A stretch of 64,000 nucleotides of DNA from Methanotrichaceae archaeon (GCA_963748825.1 CAVVKN010000004.1:64001-128000), one strand, 5' to 3'; shown: positions 44,528 through 55,279, numbered from the stretch's first letter. Numbers and translations: made by a program. Notes: generated by a model not told the origin, from the letters alone.

Positions 44528-46507
44528 TTAAGACACCGTCACCACATTGCTCTGGGCCAGGAGCGGACGGTTGATGTCATCCTGGAACAAGCGGAAGTCG
44601 TACTGGCCGGCCGCTCCGGGAAGCTGCCAGACCATGCTGCCACAGCTTCGCCCTCCTGTAGATCTCTTTCCCGAGTCGAACTTGTCAGGCCGGGTCATGC
44701 CATACATACCGACCACACTGGCCGGGGCCGCGCCCCAGAAGGTGACAGTAACCGTTCCGCCTGGAGCTACATGCGAGGGCTCTGCTACAACCTTGTGACC
44801 GGCATTCTCCTTCACCACTACGGCATTGCTCGTGACCAGAGGGAGAGCGGCCCCGCTTGCAAACATCTTGAATACGTAGCTGCCCGCATCAGGAGCGGAG
44901 AAGATAGCATCTCCGCTCACCCGGCTACCCAGCACTTGGCTTGCGACGGCATCCGAGGAGCCTTCCCGGTACATGCCGATCCAGTCATCCTTCTGGCCGA
45001 AAGCCCCCCGGAAGGCGACGATGATCTTCTCGCAGGTGTAAACCGTCGTGGGGCTCGCGGAAATGGCGGGCATCGTCACATCGAAAGGCAGGGAGAGAAC
45101 CTTTGTGCCATTCTTATCGTGCATGAGCAGCTGATAGGAGCCCTCCTTTTGCGGGGCGGTGAGCCAGGCATCCCCCGAGATATTCTGCCCTAAATAGAGA
45201 TCTTCCTGCTGATCCTCCTGGCCCGAGGCCTCGGCCTGCCCCACCCAGACCTCCTGGCCAGTCGGTGCTGTGAAGTTCAGATCCATCCTGCTGCCGGGCA
45301 GATAGCTCTTGCCGGAAAGCTGCAAAGCCGCCCCTCCCGGGCCCGTGGATCGACCGGGGATGCGGACCGGAGAGGCCTGTGGGTAGCGGTCCACGCTGGG
45401 GCCCCCGGTGATGGACTTTTCCGCGTCGCAGATCTTGCGGCCCTTGCAGCCTTCAGCGGGGTCATTGAAATCGCTGTAATTGTTGCCCACTTTGCCGTTA
45501 TCCCAGTTGTCGAGGCTGTCGTCGCGGGCATTCTTCTTGTTGGAGAGATTGTTCAGATAAATGGTATTATTGGTAGAGTCGGTCTCCGAAGAGGGCATGC
45601 TGTTATAGGATATGACCACGCCCTTTCCCTTGGACTGCACATCTTTGCCCGCGCCAAGGTATGAAAGATAGATGCCTTTTTCGTTTCCTACAAAATCGTT
45701 CTTGCGCACGATGTTGTCGCGGCTGCTATCCAGGACCAGTGCGCCGTCGCTTCCTGTTGCAAAATTTCCTTCTATGAGATTGGCGTGGCTTTCCTGCAAA
45801 TTGATGGCATCAAACCTGTTTTGTGAGAAAGTATTTGCCAGGACCATGTTTTCCCGGCTGCCTACCAGCTTGCAGCCGTAGCGATTATCGCTTACCTCAT
45901 TTTTTTCCAGCTGATTTCGACTGCTGTTCTTCAGCAAAATCCCAGCGTTGCCATTTCCCTGGACAACATTGCCGAAGACTGTGTTGTTGCTGCACTTCTG
46001 AAGGAATATCCCGGCATTGCCGCTGCCACTGGCCATATTGTTTCTGATGATATTGTCATTGGAGAGCACCAATATGCCGGAATCTCCCGTCCAGCCGCTT
46101 GCGCTCTTAGCCCAAAAGCCATCCAAAATAACACCGTTTGCCTTGATGGTTATGGCCGGGCCGTTTTCCGATTCCACACGAGGCAGGTTCCCACCGGAGC
46201 TTATGCCTTTGAGGATAAGCGATCTGTCGATGACCAGACTCTCCAGGTAGGTGCCGCTGGAAACCTCAATAGTCTCTCCCGGATGGGCGGCATCTATGGC
46301 CGCCTGGATTTGCTCACCCGGCTTGACAACTACGGTTGCATTCGCGCAATTGGCCAACAGGATGAACGCAAACATTATGGCTAGGAGCCTTAGCGGCTTT
46401 TCTGGCATACACTTCATACAAACCTTATGACTTACTCGGCGGTATAAAATGCCATTCCTTCTTTCAGAGAGTCTTTTAAAGTGGAATGATATCACCCAGA
46501 TAAGCAA
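44528..46507 (-). CDS. Secreted NosD/CASH beta-helix protein with C-terminal Ig-like repeats (true start probably near 46408)
   Basis: IQAAIDAA.PG.TI.V..GTY.E, repeated GI.L..S.NN...N, N.WDNG.VGNNYSD and three WxG..G.Y.F repeats. Confidence 0.85.
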   Translation of the reverse strand: MLIWVISFHFKRLSERRNGILYRRVSHKVCMKCMPEKPLRLLAIMFAFILLANCANATVVVKPGEQIQAAIDAAHPGETIEVSSGTYLESLVIDRSLILKGISSGGNLPRVESENGPAITIKANGVILDGFWAKSASGWTGDSGILVLSNDNIIRNNMASGSGNAGIFLQKCSNNTVFGNVVQGNGNAGILLKNSSRNQLEKNEVSDNRYGCKLVGSRENMVLANTFSQNRFDAINLQESHANLIEGNFATGSDGALVLDSSRDNIVRKNDFVGNEKGIYLSYLGAGKDVQSKGKGVVISYNSMPSSETDSTNNTIYLNNLSNKKNARDDSLDNWDNGKVGNNYSDFNDPAEGCKGRKICDAEKSITGGPSVDRYPQASPVRIPGRSTGPGGAALQLSGKSYLPGSRMDLNFTAPTGQEVWVGQAEASGQEDQQEDLYLGQNISGDAWLTAPQKEGSYQLLMHDKNGTKVLSLPFDVTMPAISASPTTVYTCEKIIVAFRGAFGQKDDWIGMYREGSSDAVASQVLGSRVSGDAIFSAPDAGSYVFKMFASGAALPLVTSNAVVVKENAGHKVVAEPSHVAPGGTVTVTFWGAAPASVVGMYGMTRPDKFDSGKRSTGGRSCGSMVWQLPGAAGQYDFRLFQDDINRPLLAQSNVVTVS

Positions 46508-46545
46508 TGGTCATCAATGGAATGCTCAGCTAAAAAGGAAATGAA

Positions 46546-47190
46546 ATGGAAATAAGCGAATTGCTGCTCTACTTTGTATATGCTTTCACCACGATATTCG
46601 TCATAGTCAATCCCATCGAGGCCACACTGGTCTTCGTCACCCTCACTACCACCCTGAACTCGAAAGAGAGGAGCCACATCTACAGGCGCGCAACTCTGGT
46701 TGCCTTCGCCCTTGCCATTCTCTTCTCTCTGGCGGGAGATGCTGTTTTGCGCATCTTCGGCATCACCGTGGACAGCTTGCGCGTGGCCGGAGGAATACTG
46801 CTCTTCCTGGTGGCCATAGACATGCTGCGGGGGCGCCAGCAGAAGAAGGTAACCGAGGCGGAGCTTCAGGATGCGAATTCGCGGGAGGACGTCTCCATAT
46901 TTCCCCTGGCCATACCGCTGCTCACAGGTCCCGGAGCCATAACCACGGTGGTGGTTTTGATGGGCGAGGCAGACAACTTCACGGAAAAGAGCCTATTGCT
47001 GCTGGCCATCTGTCTGACATTCCTGGCCACATTCTTCATCCTTAAATTCTCGCAGTACATTGATCGGGCCCTGGGAATTACAGGGATTATGGTCATGACC
47101 AGGATCATGGGGCTGATTTTAGGGGCAGTGGCTGTGAGCTTTGTGGCTACAGGGGTCTGGAACTTATACCGGGCGATGGCAGGAGCTTGA
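46546..47190 (+). CDS. MarC family membrane protein
   Basis: IVNPI, LRVAGGILLF..AIDML, FPLAIPLLTGPGAIT and TRIMGLIL. Confidence 0.93.
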   Translation: MEISELLLYFVYAFTTIFVIVNPIEATLVFVTLTTTLNSKERSHIYRRATLVAFALAILFSLAGDAVLRIFGITVDSLRVAGGILLFLVAIDMLRGRQQKKVTEAELQDANSREDVSIFPLAIPLLTGPGAITTVVVLMGEADNFTEKSLLLLAICLTFLATFFILKFSQYIDRALGITGIMVMTRIMGLILGAVAVSFVATGVWNLYRAMAGA

Positions 47191-47194
47191 TTGA

Positions 47195-47884
47195 ATGGAG
47201 AAAGAATCATTCATGCAGTGGTTTTCCAGCGAAATTCCTGAAACCCTCTTCCCCCAGATTGCCGCCCAGGTCCTTTTCCAGTGCGAGAATTGCGGGGAAT
47301 GCTGCCGAGGAGAAGGCTACGCACTGGTTGATGAAGCAGATCTGCAAGAGATTGCCAGAACGCTTGGCATTAGCCCATCCGAGGCAAGGGCCAGGTTTAC
47401 AGATCCTGACCCGGAAAAAAATCCTGGATGCAGGATCCTAAAGAGCATCGGGCCAGATAGAAGCTGCTGCCTTCTTGATGTAAAGGCAAAACGGTGCATG
47501 ATATACAGCCATAGGCCCCGCATATGCCGGACATTTCCCATGCTCAATGCAGATGCGGAGTGTGATGAAATAATATGCTTCTACTCTGACTGCCTGGGGA
47601 CTGCAAAATTCGTGAAAATGCTGCAGGAAAAGAGATGCGATCCGCGGGTTCTAAAGGACATCGATAGCCTCACGAGGAATGCGGAAAGGATTGAAGCCCT
47701 GCAAATATTGCTCTTTGTGTGGCTGCGCCGGATGATGGGAAAAAAAGAGGAAGCAGAGCAGATCTGTCGCATCACGGGGATCTGGCCCCCCCAAGAGGAG
47801 AGCACCTTCAAGAGAGAATGCCTGGCCTACTTCCTGATGACCATTACAACGGACGGACTGGTGGAGTATCAGTACGAAGGCTAA
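47195..47884 (+). CDS. YkgJ family cysteine-cluster (CxxCxxCC) protein
   Basis: FQCENCGECC and C.IY..RP.ICRTFP. Confidence 0.88.
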   Translation: MEKESFMQWFSSEIPETLFPQIAAQVLFQCENCGECCRGEGYALVDEADLQEIARTLGISPSEARARFTDPDPEKNPGCRILKSIGPDRSCCLLDVKAKRCMIYSHRPRICRTFPMLNADAECDEIICFYSDCLGTAKFVKMLQEKRCDPRVLKDIDSLTRNAERIEALQILLFVWLRRMMGKKEEAEQICRITGIWPPQEESTFKRECLAYFLMTITTDGLVEYQYEG

Positions 47885-48705
47885 AGTGGTACGAACCCGT
47901 ACTCCTCTGCAACCTTCTGACCCGCGGCCCCCATCATGAAATCTATAAAGGCCTGGGCACCAGGCTTGGCGTCGCCAAAGGTGTAGAAGTACAACTTGCG
48001 AGCAAGCTCGTAGCTTCCGTTCTTAATGGTCTCAGCCGTTGGCTTGACGCCATCCAGGGTGATGGCACCGACTGCTTCATCCTCGGCATAGCTGAATCCC
48101 AGATATCCTATAGCCTTATCACTGCCGGTTAATGCCGTCCTGATCTCAGCATTGCTGCCAGCGACGGTGTTCACTCCGGGAGTCTCAGCCTTCTTATCAT
48201 CCATGATATCTTCATTGAAGGTGTCCCTGGTGCCGGAACCCTGCTCCCTGGCAACGGCCAATATTTCTGAATCTGGGCCACCCACATCTTTCCAGTTGAT
48301 GGTCTCTCCTGAGTAGATCTTCTTGACCTGATCCTTGCTGAGGGCAGTCACGCCGGCATCAAAGATCTTCTTGCTGACACCAATGACTATGCCGTCGTAG
48401 CCCACCAGATTCTCCTGGAACTTGTCGCCGAAATTGCTCTTCTCTTCGGCAGTAACCTCGCGGGAGGCCATCGCTATATCGGAGTTGCCCTCGGCAATAT
48501 TCTTCATGCCCACCCCGGTGCCGCCCCCGGTTACAAGCACCTGATAATCGGACTGCTCGCCATTGAAGGCCTCCGCCCCGCCTTCTGCCAGAGGCAAGAC
48601 CGTCGTCGATCCAGAGACACGAACCGTCTCCTTTGCCATGACCATAGAGGTGCCGATTGCACCTACGATCAAGGCGATTATTAGAGCACTAAATAGCGTT
48701 TTCAA
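47881..48705 (-). CDS. pstS: Phosphate ABC transporter substrate-binding protein
   Basis: GSTTVLP, GGGTGVG, DIAMASR, REQGSGTR and Y.LAR.LY. Confidence 0.93.
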   Translation of the reverse strand: MKTLFSALIIALIVGAIGTSMVMAKETVRVSGSTTVLPLAEGGAEAFNGEQSDYQVLVTGGGTGVGMKNIAEGNSDIAMASREVTAEEKSNFGDKFQENLVGYDGIVIGVSKKIFDAGVTALSKDQVKKIYSGETINWKDVGGPDSEILAVAREQGSGTRDTFNEDIMDDKKAETPGVNTVAGSNAEIRTALTGSDKAIGYLGFSYAEDEAVGAITLDGVKPTAETIKNGSYELARKLYFYTFGDAKPGAQAFIDFMMGAAGQKVAEEYGFVPL

Positions 48706-49003
48706 TTGGAATTCACCAGCGATAGGAAGCCTGTAATGGTATGTAAAGTTAACCTAAATAAAATATAGTTTTGCTTACATGTATATTACAAGGTCATTAA
48801 ATATATAGTCTATATTCATCAATTTATTTGTACCGATTTCCGCACAGTTCTGCAGAACCAAACGACTATTATCAATCTAACTTATTTTTATTCTATTGTT
48901 ATTTTTTATTTAAGACAAAATAGTATATAGAATATGGTCACAAAATAGAGATATATGTTTTAATGAGAGAAGAAATATATTGGACGGATTCAAATGAGAA
49001 GAA

Positions 49004-49498
49004 ATGATGTTTGAAGCGATCGGATGTGAGGATTCTCGAAAAAGCGAGAACCTGCTTGGCCTTCTGGGATACTACGAGGCTATTTTAGAGAGAAAAGGAC
49101 TGATGGCCAGGATAGGAGAAATTAGATCCCTCAAACTGGGCTTGATCTTGGACCTATTGAAGATGGTAAATATCGCTGAGGACTTAAAGGGCAATTTGAT
49201 CACATCAGTGGTGAGCGCCTGGGAGATGAACGGCGATGATAAGAAGTTGGTGCAGGGCGAGGAAGAAATAAAGACAATGCGTAGCAGCATCGCCGCCGTT
49301 CGGGAAAATGCCCAGATGGTACTGCATAATTGCAATCCAATTAACTTGATGCAACTGGACGTCACTGTGATGTTTGCCTTGCCGCTAATGCCTCACGACC
49401 TCAAAAAAGATGATGTGCCAAAAATCCGCGATCTACTCAACCAGGTAATGGAGAACTTTGCCATGAGAAAAGAACAGGGATTTGCACCAGGCCTATGA
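49004..49498 (+). CDS. Hypothetical helical protein, divergent from pstS
   Basis: 164-aa ORF between pstS and pstA. Confidence 0.7.
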   Translation: MMFEAIGCEDSRKSENLLGLLGYYEAILERKGLMARIGEIRSLKLGLILDLLKMVNIAEDLKGNLITSVVSAWEMNGDDKKLVQGEEEIKTMRSSIAAVRENAQMVLHNCNPINLMQLDVTVMFALPLMPHDLKKDDVPKIRDLLNQVMENFAMRKEQGFAPGL

Positions 49499-49735
49499 CC
49501 TTGGATATTCCTCTCTTGCCCATGGCCATGCAATGAGCCAGACGACCTTGAATCTTCTGCCCCGATTAGCCATATAGTATAACCTAGCAATGATTTTTTT
49601 GCAAGAGACAAAGCGACAAAGGAGATTGATGACTAAGAGGCATCAGATTTTGCTCCCGCCTCATTGATATTATAGGAATCTCTTGCCACCATATAGATAC
49701 AAAATTTCCTGTACGATCCAAATTTTCTGGCCGGC

Positions 49736-50983
49736 CTACCAGGATATCTTCTTTCGATAGTGATTTCTTACTACTATGGCCAGCATATTGGTGCCCAGCA
49801 CTAAGGCAATGAGCACCAGAGCCGTGCCCCAGGCCCTGGCCTCCACATCCCATGCCCCCAGGAAGTAGATCAGATTCAAGAGATGGTAATCCAGGTTATT
49901 GACCGGCTGAAATACATTGGGGATAACGCCGTAAATCATCTGCACGGGCGTGGCAGTAAATGTCACTGCCGTCCACATGATGGGCGCAGTCTCTCCCGAA
50001 GCCTTGGCCACCCCAATGATCACGCCCGTGAGTATGCCGGGCATGGCCGAAGGCAAGACCACCTTTCTTATCGTCTGCCACTTGGTAGCCCCCAAAGCCA
50101 TGCTTCCCTCCCGCAGGGAGTTGGGAACGCTCTTTATGGCCTCCTGGCAGGTCAATATTATGGTAGGGATATTTATGAGCCCCAGGATTATGGAGCCGGA
50201 TAAGAGAGACACCCCGAAGTATGTCACCAGAAAGGCCAAACCGAATAGACCGAAGACCACAGAAGGAACGCCGTTTAAGCAGCTTACCGCAATGGTGATG
50301 ATACGGTTAAGCCTCTGGCTCTTGGAGTATTCATGAAGATAGATGGCCGCACCGATGCCCAGGGGTGAAGATATGACCATAGCACCTAAAACCATCCATA
50401 AAGAGCCCAATATGGCTGTGCTGATCCCGCCAGCCTGGCCCAGGCGCCTGTGGGGTGTGGTCAAAAAATCCCAGCTGATGACCCCAATTCCTTTGTAGAT
50501 TATTATGAAGAGTATTCCGCCCAGTAAGAGGAGCGATAGTACCGCGGAGAGCTTGACTGCCAGAAATACCAGGACCTCCCGACCCCGAGCGCTGTATTCG
50601 TAGATGATATTAAGAGCATCCTTTATGCACAGCAAGCTGGCAAAAAAGATCAGAAGAGGAAGAATAAAAGCATAATCGAAGGAGGCGCCCACCCCAAGAG
50701 GCCGGCGAATGACAAATCCAGCATGAAGGGTCCCGGAATACACCAGAAAGAGGATGGCTGAACAGATAAGAATGTCTAGGGCCAGGAAAGGAGCTGTCTT
50801 CAGATAAACAGCTTTGGAGACAGAATACGATAGGAGAATCAGAAGCAGGCTCGCGAAAAGGCTGGCCTGCCATATAGGCGTCAGCTTTTCCAGGTTGGGT
50901 TGAAGAATGAGGCATGCTAGCGAGGAGACGAACAAAAACACCGATATGGCAAGAGATGCCCCCAGAACAGGCCTGGTATTCAT
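49736..50983 (-). CDS. pstA: Phosphate ABC transporter permease PstA (N-terminally extended)
   Basis: GIGAAIYLHEY, GVPSVVFGLFG, EAA loop LREGSMALGATKWQTI and GETAPI. Confidence 0.93.
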   Translation of the reverse strand: MNTRPVLGASLAISVFLFVSSLACLILQPNLEKLTPIWQASLFASLLLILLSYSVSKAVYLKTAPFLALDILICSAILFLVYSGTLHAGFVIRRPLGVGASFDYAFILPLLIFFASLLCIKDALNIIYEYSARGREVLVFLAVKLSAVLSLLLLGGILFIIIYKGIGVISWDFLTTPHRRLGQAGGISTAILGSLWMVLGAMVISSPLGIGAAIYLHEYSKSQRLNRIITIAVSCLNGVPSVVFGLFGLAFLVTYFGVSLLSGSIILGLINIPTIILTCQEAIKSVPNSLREGSMALGATKWQTIRKVVLPSAMPGILTGVIIGVAKASGETAPIMWTAVTFTATPVQMIYGVIPNVFQPVNNLDYHLLNLIYFLGAWDVEARAWGTALVLIALVLGTNMLAIVVRNHYRKKISW

Positions 50984-51904
50984 TTAGTATCCCCCGAATT
51001 TTCGTCTGATACGAACCCGAGCATAATCAGCAACTAGACTGAATATGGTAACTACTATGAGAAGAACGAATCCGACTGCAAAAAGGACATGGTAATGCAT
51101 TGAACCTCTGGCCACCTCGCCCATCTCACCAGCGATGATCGAGGTGAAGGATGCGCCCTGATCAAAGATATCGTAAGGAGGAGAGGCCAGTCTGGCTACG
51201 TTGCCCACTACCAGCAGCACGGCCATGGTCTCTCCGATTATGCTTCCAATGTTGAGGAGAATGGCCGCGGTAATTCCTGATGATGCCGCAGGTATGGTTA
51301 CATTTCTCAGGGTCTGCCAGCGATTGGCACCCAATGCCAGGGAGCCCTCCTTGAATTCGCTGGGCACAGCCCGCAGAGCATCCTCGCAGATGGTGGTAAG
51401 GCGGGGAATGAACATTACGCCAAGAAGGATCGATCCGGCCAGGATCGACCTGCCGGTGAGCATATCAAAGCTGTCCTGCAAGTAGGATACGAGAATTATC
51501 ACCCCTAAAAAACCATAGACAATGGAAGGGACGCCGGCCAAGAGCTCAATGGACGGTTTCAATAAGGCCTTACTCTTAGGCCCGGCCAGCTCCGCCAGGT
51601 AAATGGCCAGAGGAAAACCGATCATGATATTTATAAAGAGAGCCAGAAGAGTGATAACCAGTGAGGTAGTGATAATGGGCAGTAATCCATAAATATCGCC
51701 TGAAGGATGCCATTTCGAGCCAGATAACAGGGAGAATATGCCAAGTTGCGAAAAAGCAGGGAGGCTTTCATGAATGAGGAAGTAGAAGATGAGAAGCATG
51801 ATGAGGATGGAGGCGATGGCAGACATGAAAAGCAGAGCCTCCACAAACAACTCCCCATATTTGCGAGGCATCTTTATTCTCGGCAGATCCATACGCCTTG
51901 TCAA
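50984..51904 (-). CDS. pstC: Phosphate ABC transporter permease PstC
   Basis: IELLAGVPSIVYGF, EGSLALGANRWQT and IGETMAV. Confidence 0.94.
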   Translation of the reverse strand: MTRRMDLPRIKMPRKYGELFVEALLFMSAIASILIMLLIFYFLIHESLPAFSQLGIFSLLSGSKWHPSGDIYGLLPIITTSLVITLLALFINIMIGFPLAIYLAELAGPKSKALLKPSIELLAGVPSIVYGFLGVIILVSYLQDSFDMLTGRSILAGSILLGVMFIPRLTTICEDALRAVPSEFKEGSLALGANRWQTLRNVTIPAASSGITAAILLNIGSIIGETMAVLLVVGNVARLASPPYDIFDQGASFTSIIAGEMGEVARGSMHYHVLFAVGFVLLIVVTIFSLVADYARVRIRRKFGGY

Positions 51905-52009
51905 AACACATTAACGGGTTAAAGCCCTTACGTATGGAATCTATATAGAGAATAGGCTCGGCCTAAATCACTATATAGGCAGCTTTTACAATTATGATGA
52001 TAGGAGACA

Positions 52010-53143
52010 TCACAAGCTCAGCCTGCTTAAAATCTCCTCAGGCTCATAGCGCACGCTGATGACGCGGCTTCGGCCCCGCTCCCCCGCCCCGGTAAAATCG
52101 GCATTTATCAGCCGGATAGAATCGAGCTTATTGAGAATCTCATGAAAACGAGTGTATCCCGCACCCGACTGCTCATGAAAGCGAGCAAATAGCTCGCCTG
52201 CGCGCCAGCTTTTTTGCTCCGCGGCCAGTCGCAGCACAACCAGTTCATCGTCTTTCAGGGATTTCAAGGCATAGGTGAGGTGAACCAGGCGGGAGCGATC
52301 GCAGGAGCTGGCCACATCAACAAGCGAGACACTCTTAGAGGCACGCTTTTCCGCAGATAGGCCAGACCTCTTGAGAAGGTCAATTCCCACCCGCAGGTCC
52401 CCGGACCTCTCTGTGCAGTCCACAACCGCCTCCAGGACATCATCGGCCATCACGCTGGGATAAAAGCCCATCTGCACCCTGCGGCTCAGGATGTCGCGTA
52501 TCTCTGATCGGGCGTAGAGAGGAAAGATGATTTCTTCCGGCTGGAAGACAGAGACCACGCGTGGGTCGAGAACATAGTTCAAGGCAAGCTCGCTCATAAC
52601 TCCGATCACACCCATCCTGGCACCGGGACAGGTCTCATGGGCCCGCAAGAGGGAGTACAAGACGTGATCCACCTCCTTTTCGTGGAAGAGATAATTTATA
52701 TCGTCTAAAGCCACCATCAGCACCTTATCCTGATCTGAGCAGGCCTGGGCCACCTTTTCGAAGATGCGTTTGAAGGATATGCCGCTGGAGGGAGGGGCAT
52801 GATCGAAGACCTTTTTGTAGATCTGATAAAACACAGAATATCTGGTCGAGTCCATCTGGCAGTTGACATGCACAGGAATGACATTTGTAGAATGGGCCTC
52901 TATTTCCTCGAAGAGCTTGAAAAGAGCTGTGGTCTTGCCCGTACCGGGTGGCCCCAGACAGAGGGCATTGACGGGACGGGCGCCCTGCAAAGCCGGACGG
53001 ATGCAGAATTTCAGACTGTTCATCTGATCTTCCCGGTGCAAGAAGTGCTCCGGCAGATGATCTAACTCAAACAGATCCCTGTCCTTGAAGAGCGTCTCCT
53101 CCCAGAGGAGCATATCCGGCTTTTTAGATTTTTCGGGGCTCAC
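52010..53143 (-). CDS. cdc6: Orc1/Cdc6 replication initiation protein
   Basis: Walker A GPPGTGKTT; Walker B variant VALDDINYL; GDLRVGIDLL; C-terminal wHTH. Confidence 0.93.
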   Translation of the reverse strand: MSPEKSKKPDMLLWEETLFKDRDLFELDHLPEHFLHREDQMNSLKFCIRPALQGARPVNALCLGPPGTGKTTALFKLFEEIEAHSTNVIPVHVNCQMDSTRYSVFYQIYKKVFDHAPPSSGISFKRIFEKVAQACSDQDKVLMVALDDINYLFHEKEVDHVLYSLLRAHETCPGARMGVIGVMSELALNYVLDPRVVSVFQPEEIIFPLYARSEIRDILSRRVQMGFYPSVMADDVLEAVVDCTERSGDLRVGIDLLKRSGLSAEKRASKSVSLVDVASSCDRSRLVHLTYALKSLKDDELVVLRLAAEQKSWRAGELFARFHEQSGAGYTRFHEILNKLDSIRLINADFTGAGERGRSRVISVRYEPEEILSRLSL

Positions 53144-55044
53144 TGGTTGAGTATATTTTGTATTTCCTTCTTCAATATGGCGCTCACCGTGCCGCCATCG
53201 GCTTTGCCCCTCAATTCCTTCATCACCAGGCCCATCAGTGGTGCTGCGGCCCTCTCTCCCTTGGAGCGCACCAGATCGGCCTTGCTCGCCACGATTGCCT
53301 GAACGGCCTTCTCCACATCTGCTTCATCCACGCCCGTCAGGCCCGCCGCTGCAGCCGCCTCATCTGCGGTCATTTCCGGATGCTCGGCCAGGGTGCGCAG
53401 CAGATCCGTTAGCCCCTCTTTGGCCACGCGACCCTGAGCCATGAGGGCAAAGCTCTCCACATAATGCCGATCGATCAGGTTGGAGACGGCTACTCCCTCA
53501 CGGGCCAGCTCGATGGGGATGGTCCCCAGAGCCCGGACCACAATGGAGGAGGAAACCGGATAATTTTGCACAATCTCCTCAAAGAGAGGATAGCTGGGAG
53601 AGGCTGCCATAACCCGGGCCTGTTCGGCATTCAAGCCATATTCGCGCTCGAAACGCTTAGATCGCTCTGCAAAGAGCTCAGGCAGCTTCAGCTGGCTGAG
53701 CATCTCCTCGGTGATCGCAACCGATGGCACATCCGTCTCCGGATACATGCGAGCGGAGCCAGGCAGGGGCCGCATGTACTCCGAGCAGCCGTTGGGCAGA
53801 GCCCGGCGCGTCTCCTCAGGCACGAAGGCCAGCGCCTCGCGGGCTCGAACCAGCACGGCTTGTAGCGCCTTTTCCGCCCTTTCCCGCGGCCCAGTGACCA
53901 TGATCACGGCGTCGCCCTCGCCTGCCGCGAGCAGGCCGCGCACGGCTTCGACCTCCTCGGAGGTTACGCCGTAAGCGGGAAGCTCATCGGTATGAAATAT
54001 GCCGCCCACACCTGCTCTTTTGGCTCGGTCCGACATCTCGGAGCCCAGTCGGCGATCGGGCTGAATCTCCCGGCCCACCAGTCCGGCAAAACCTGTCAGC
54101 CGACAGGCTAAGACCACGCCGCCACTTTTAAGGGAGCGGGCCAGCACCTTGGAGCCGGTAGCCGCGAAAATATTTGATACATCCCAAACAACAGCATCAA
54201 CCGATGCCCCGCGACGGACCAGCTCATCTCTTATTTCCAGCAGCCGCACCTGGCGCAGTGCCTCAAACTCCACCACCTTGTCGACCAGATTCAGGGCCTG
54301 AACACCCTTAACCTCTACGCGCGCTCCGCCCTTGATGGAGACATTTACATCCTGGCGGATGGTGCCAAGGCCTCGCTTAACGCGACCAGTAGAGCGCAGG
54401 ATCATTCCCAGGTAGGATGCAACCTCACGGGCGTGCGCCGGAGAGACGATATCCGGAGCCGTGCCTATCTCCACCAACGGTATTCCCAGCCGGTCTAAAG
54501 AGTAGACCATGCTGTCCCCTCGATCCTCGATGATGCGCGCCGCCTCCTCCTCCAGGCTGAGGATGCCTATGCCCACAGCGCCCTCTGTAGTCTCGATACT
54601 GCCGTCCGATCCGACGTAGCCGGTGCGCTGGAAGCCGGAGGTGTTGGAGCCGTCTATCACCATCTTACGCATGGTCTGCAGCTCATCCACGATTTTCATG
54701 TTGAGCAGCCGGGCAATGACCAGGGAGATCTCGAGGGCCTCGGCATTTATCTCCCGGGGCGGTTCCTCATCCGCCTCTACCAGACAGGTGCTGTCATAGG
54801 ACTTATAATGGAACTTGCGCGATACCAACACCTCTTCTAGAGCGGCGCGATCGATCTCGCCAAGTTCGCTTCGCGAGGGTCGAAGATACCGGAAGAACTC
54901 GAAATTGGACTCCTCCACCTCCCGGTGTTTGGTGGGGCAGCCGCAGAAGAGCTTGCAGGCTGTGTCAAGCTGCTGGTGAATCTCAATGCCGCATATCAGG
55001 CCTAAAGCACGGTAATCTAACCTGGGAGAGTCTTCTTTTGCCAT
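53140..55044 (-). CDS. gatE: Glu-tRNA(Gln) amidotransferase subunit E
   Basis: GIEIHQQL, DGSNTSGFQRT, LDRLGIPLVEI, RGLGTIRQDVNVSI and RMYPETD; start MAKEDS at 55044. Confidence 0.96.
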   Translation of the reverse strand: MAKEDSPRLDYRALGLICGIEIHQQLDTACKLFCGCPTKHREVEESNFEFFRYLRPSRSELGEIDRAALEEVLVSRKFHYKSYDSTCLVEADEEPPREINAEALEISLVIARLLNMKIVDELQTMRKMVIDGSNTSGFQRTGYVGSDGSIETTEGAVGIGILSLEEEAARIIEDRGDSMVYSLDRLGIPLVEIGTAPDIVSPAHAREVASYLGMILRSTGRVKRGLGTIRQDVNVSIKGGARVEVKGVQALNLVDKVVEFEALRQVRLLEIRDELVRRGASVDAVVWDVSNIFAATGSKVLARSLKSGGVVLACRLTGFAGLVGREIQPDRRLGSEMSDRAKRAGVGGIFHTDELPAYGVTSEEVEAVRGLLAAGEGDAVIMVTGPRERAEKALQAVLVRAREALAFVPEETRRALPNGCSEYMRPLPGSARMYPETDVPSVAITEEMLSQLKLPELFAERSKRFEREYGLNAEQARVMAASPSYPLFEEIVQNYPVSSSIVVRALGTIPIELAREGVAVSNLIDRHYVESFALMAQGRVAKEGLTDLLRTLAEHPEMTADEAAAAAGLTGVDEADVEKAVQAIVASKADLVRSKGERAAAPLMGLVMKELRGKADGGTVSAILKKEIQNILNQ

Positions 55045-55048
55045 TGAT

Positions 55049-55279
55049 CTACCTTTCAGAGACCAGGGGAGGTTTAACTCTTTTGACTGCCTCTCTGATA
55101 TCCTCGGACTTGACCGTCTTTCTCTTGGCATGATGAGCCCAGCCGACCGCCTCACGGGCCACCTCTAAGCCATAGCTTTCTAAAACCTCTGCCAGCGCAT
55201 CCCTCGCGCCTTCGCTCACTCTCTTAGCCCCCGCCTCGCGAATGAGTCTGCTCACCGGGGCAACAGGAAGTATCGGCAT
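55049..55279 (-). CDS. Archaeal histone
   Basis: LPVAPVSRLIREAGAKRVSE..A.HAKRKTVKSEDI histone fold; GAGGTG RBS. Confidence 0.95.
   Translation of the reverse strand: MPILPVAPVSRLIREAGAKRVSEGARDALAEVLESYGLEVAREAVGWAHHAKRKTVKSEDIREAVKRVKPPLVSER

Noticed and set aside
55045-55155. N-terminal extension of GatE (likewise the MoeA extension 60799-61002)
   Set aside because: Overlaps the histone gene (or aroC); downstream ATGs match the family starts
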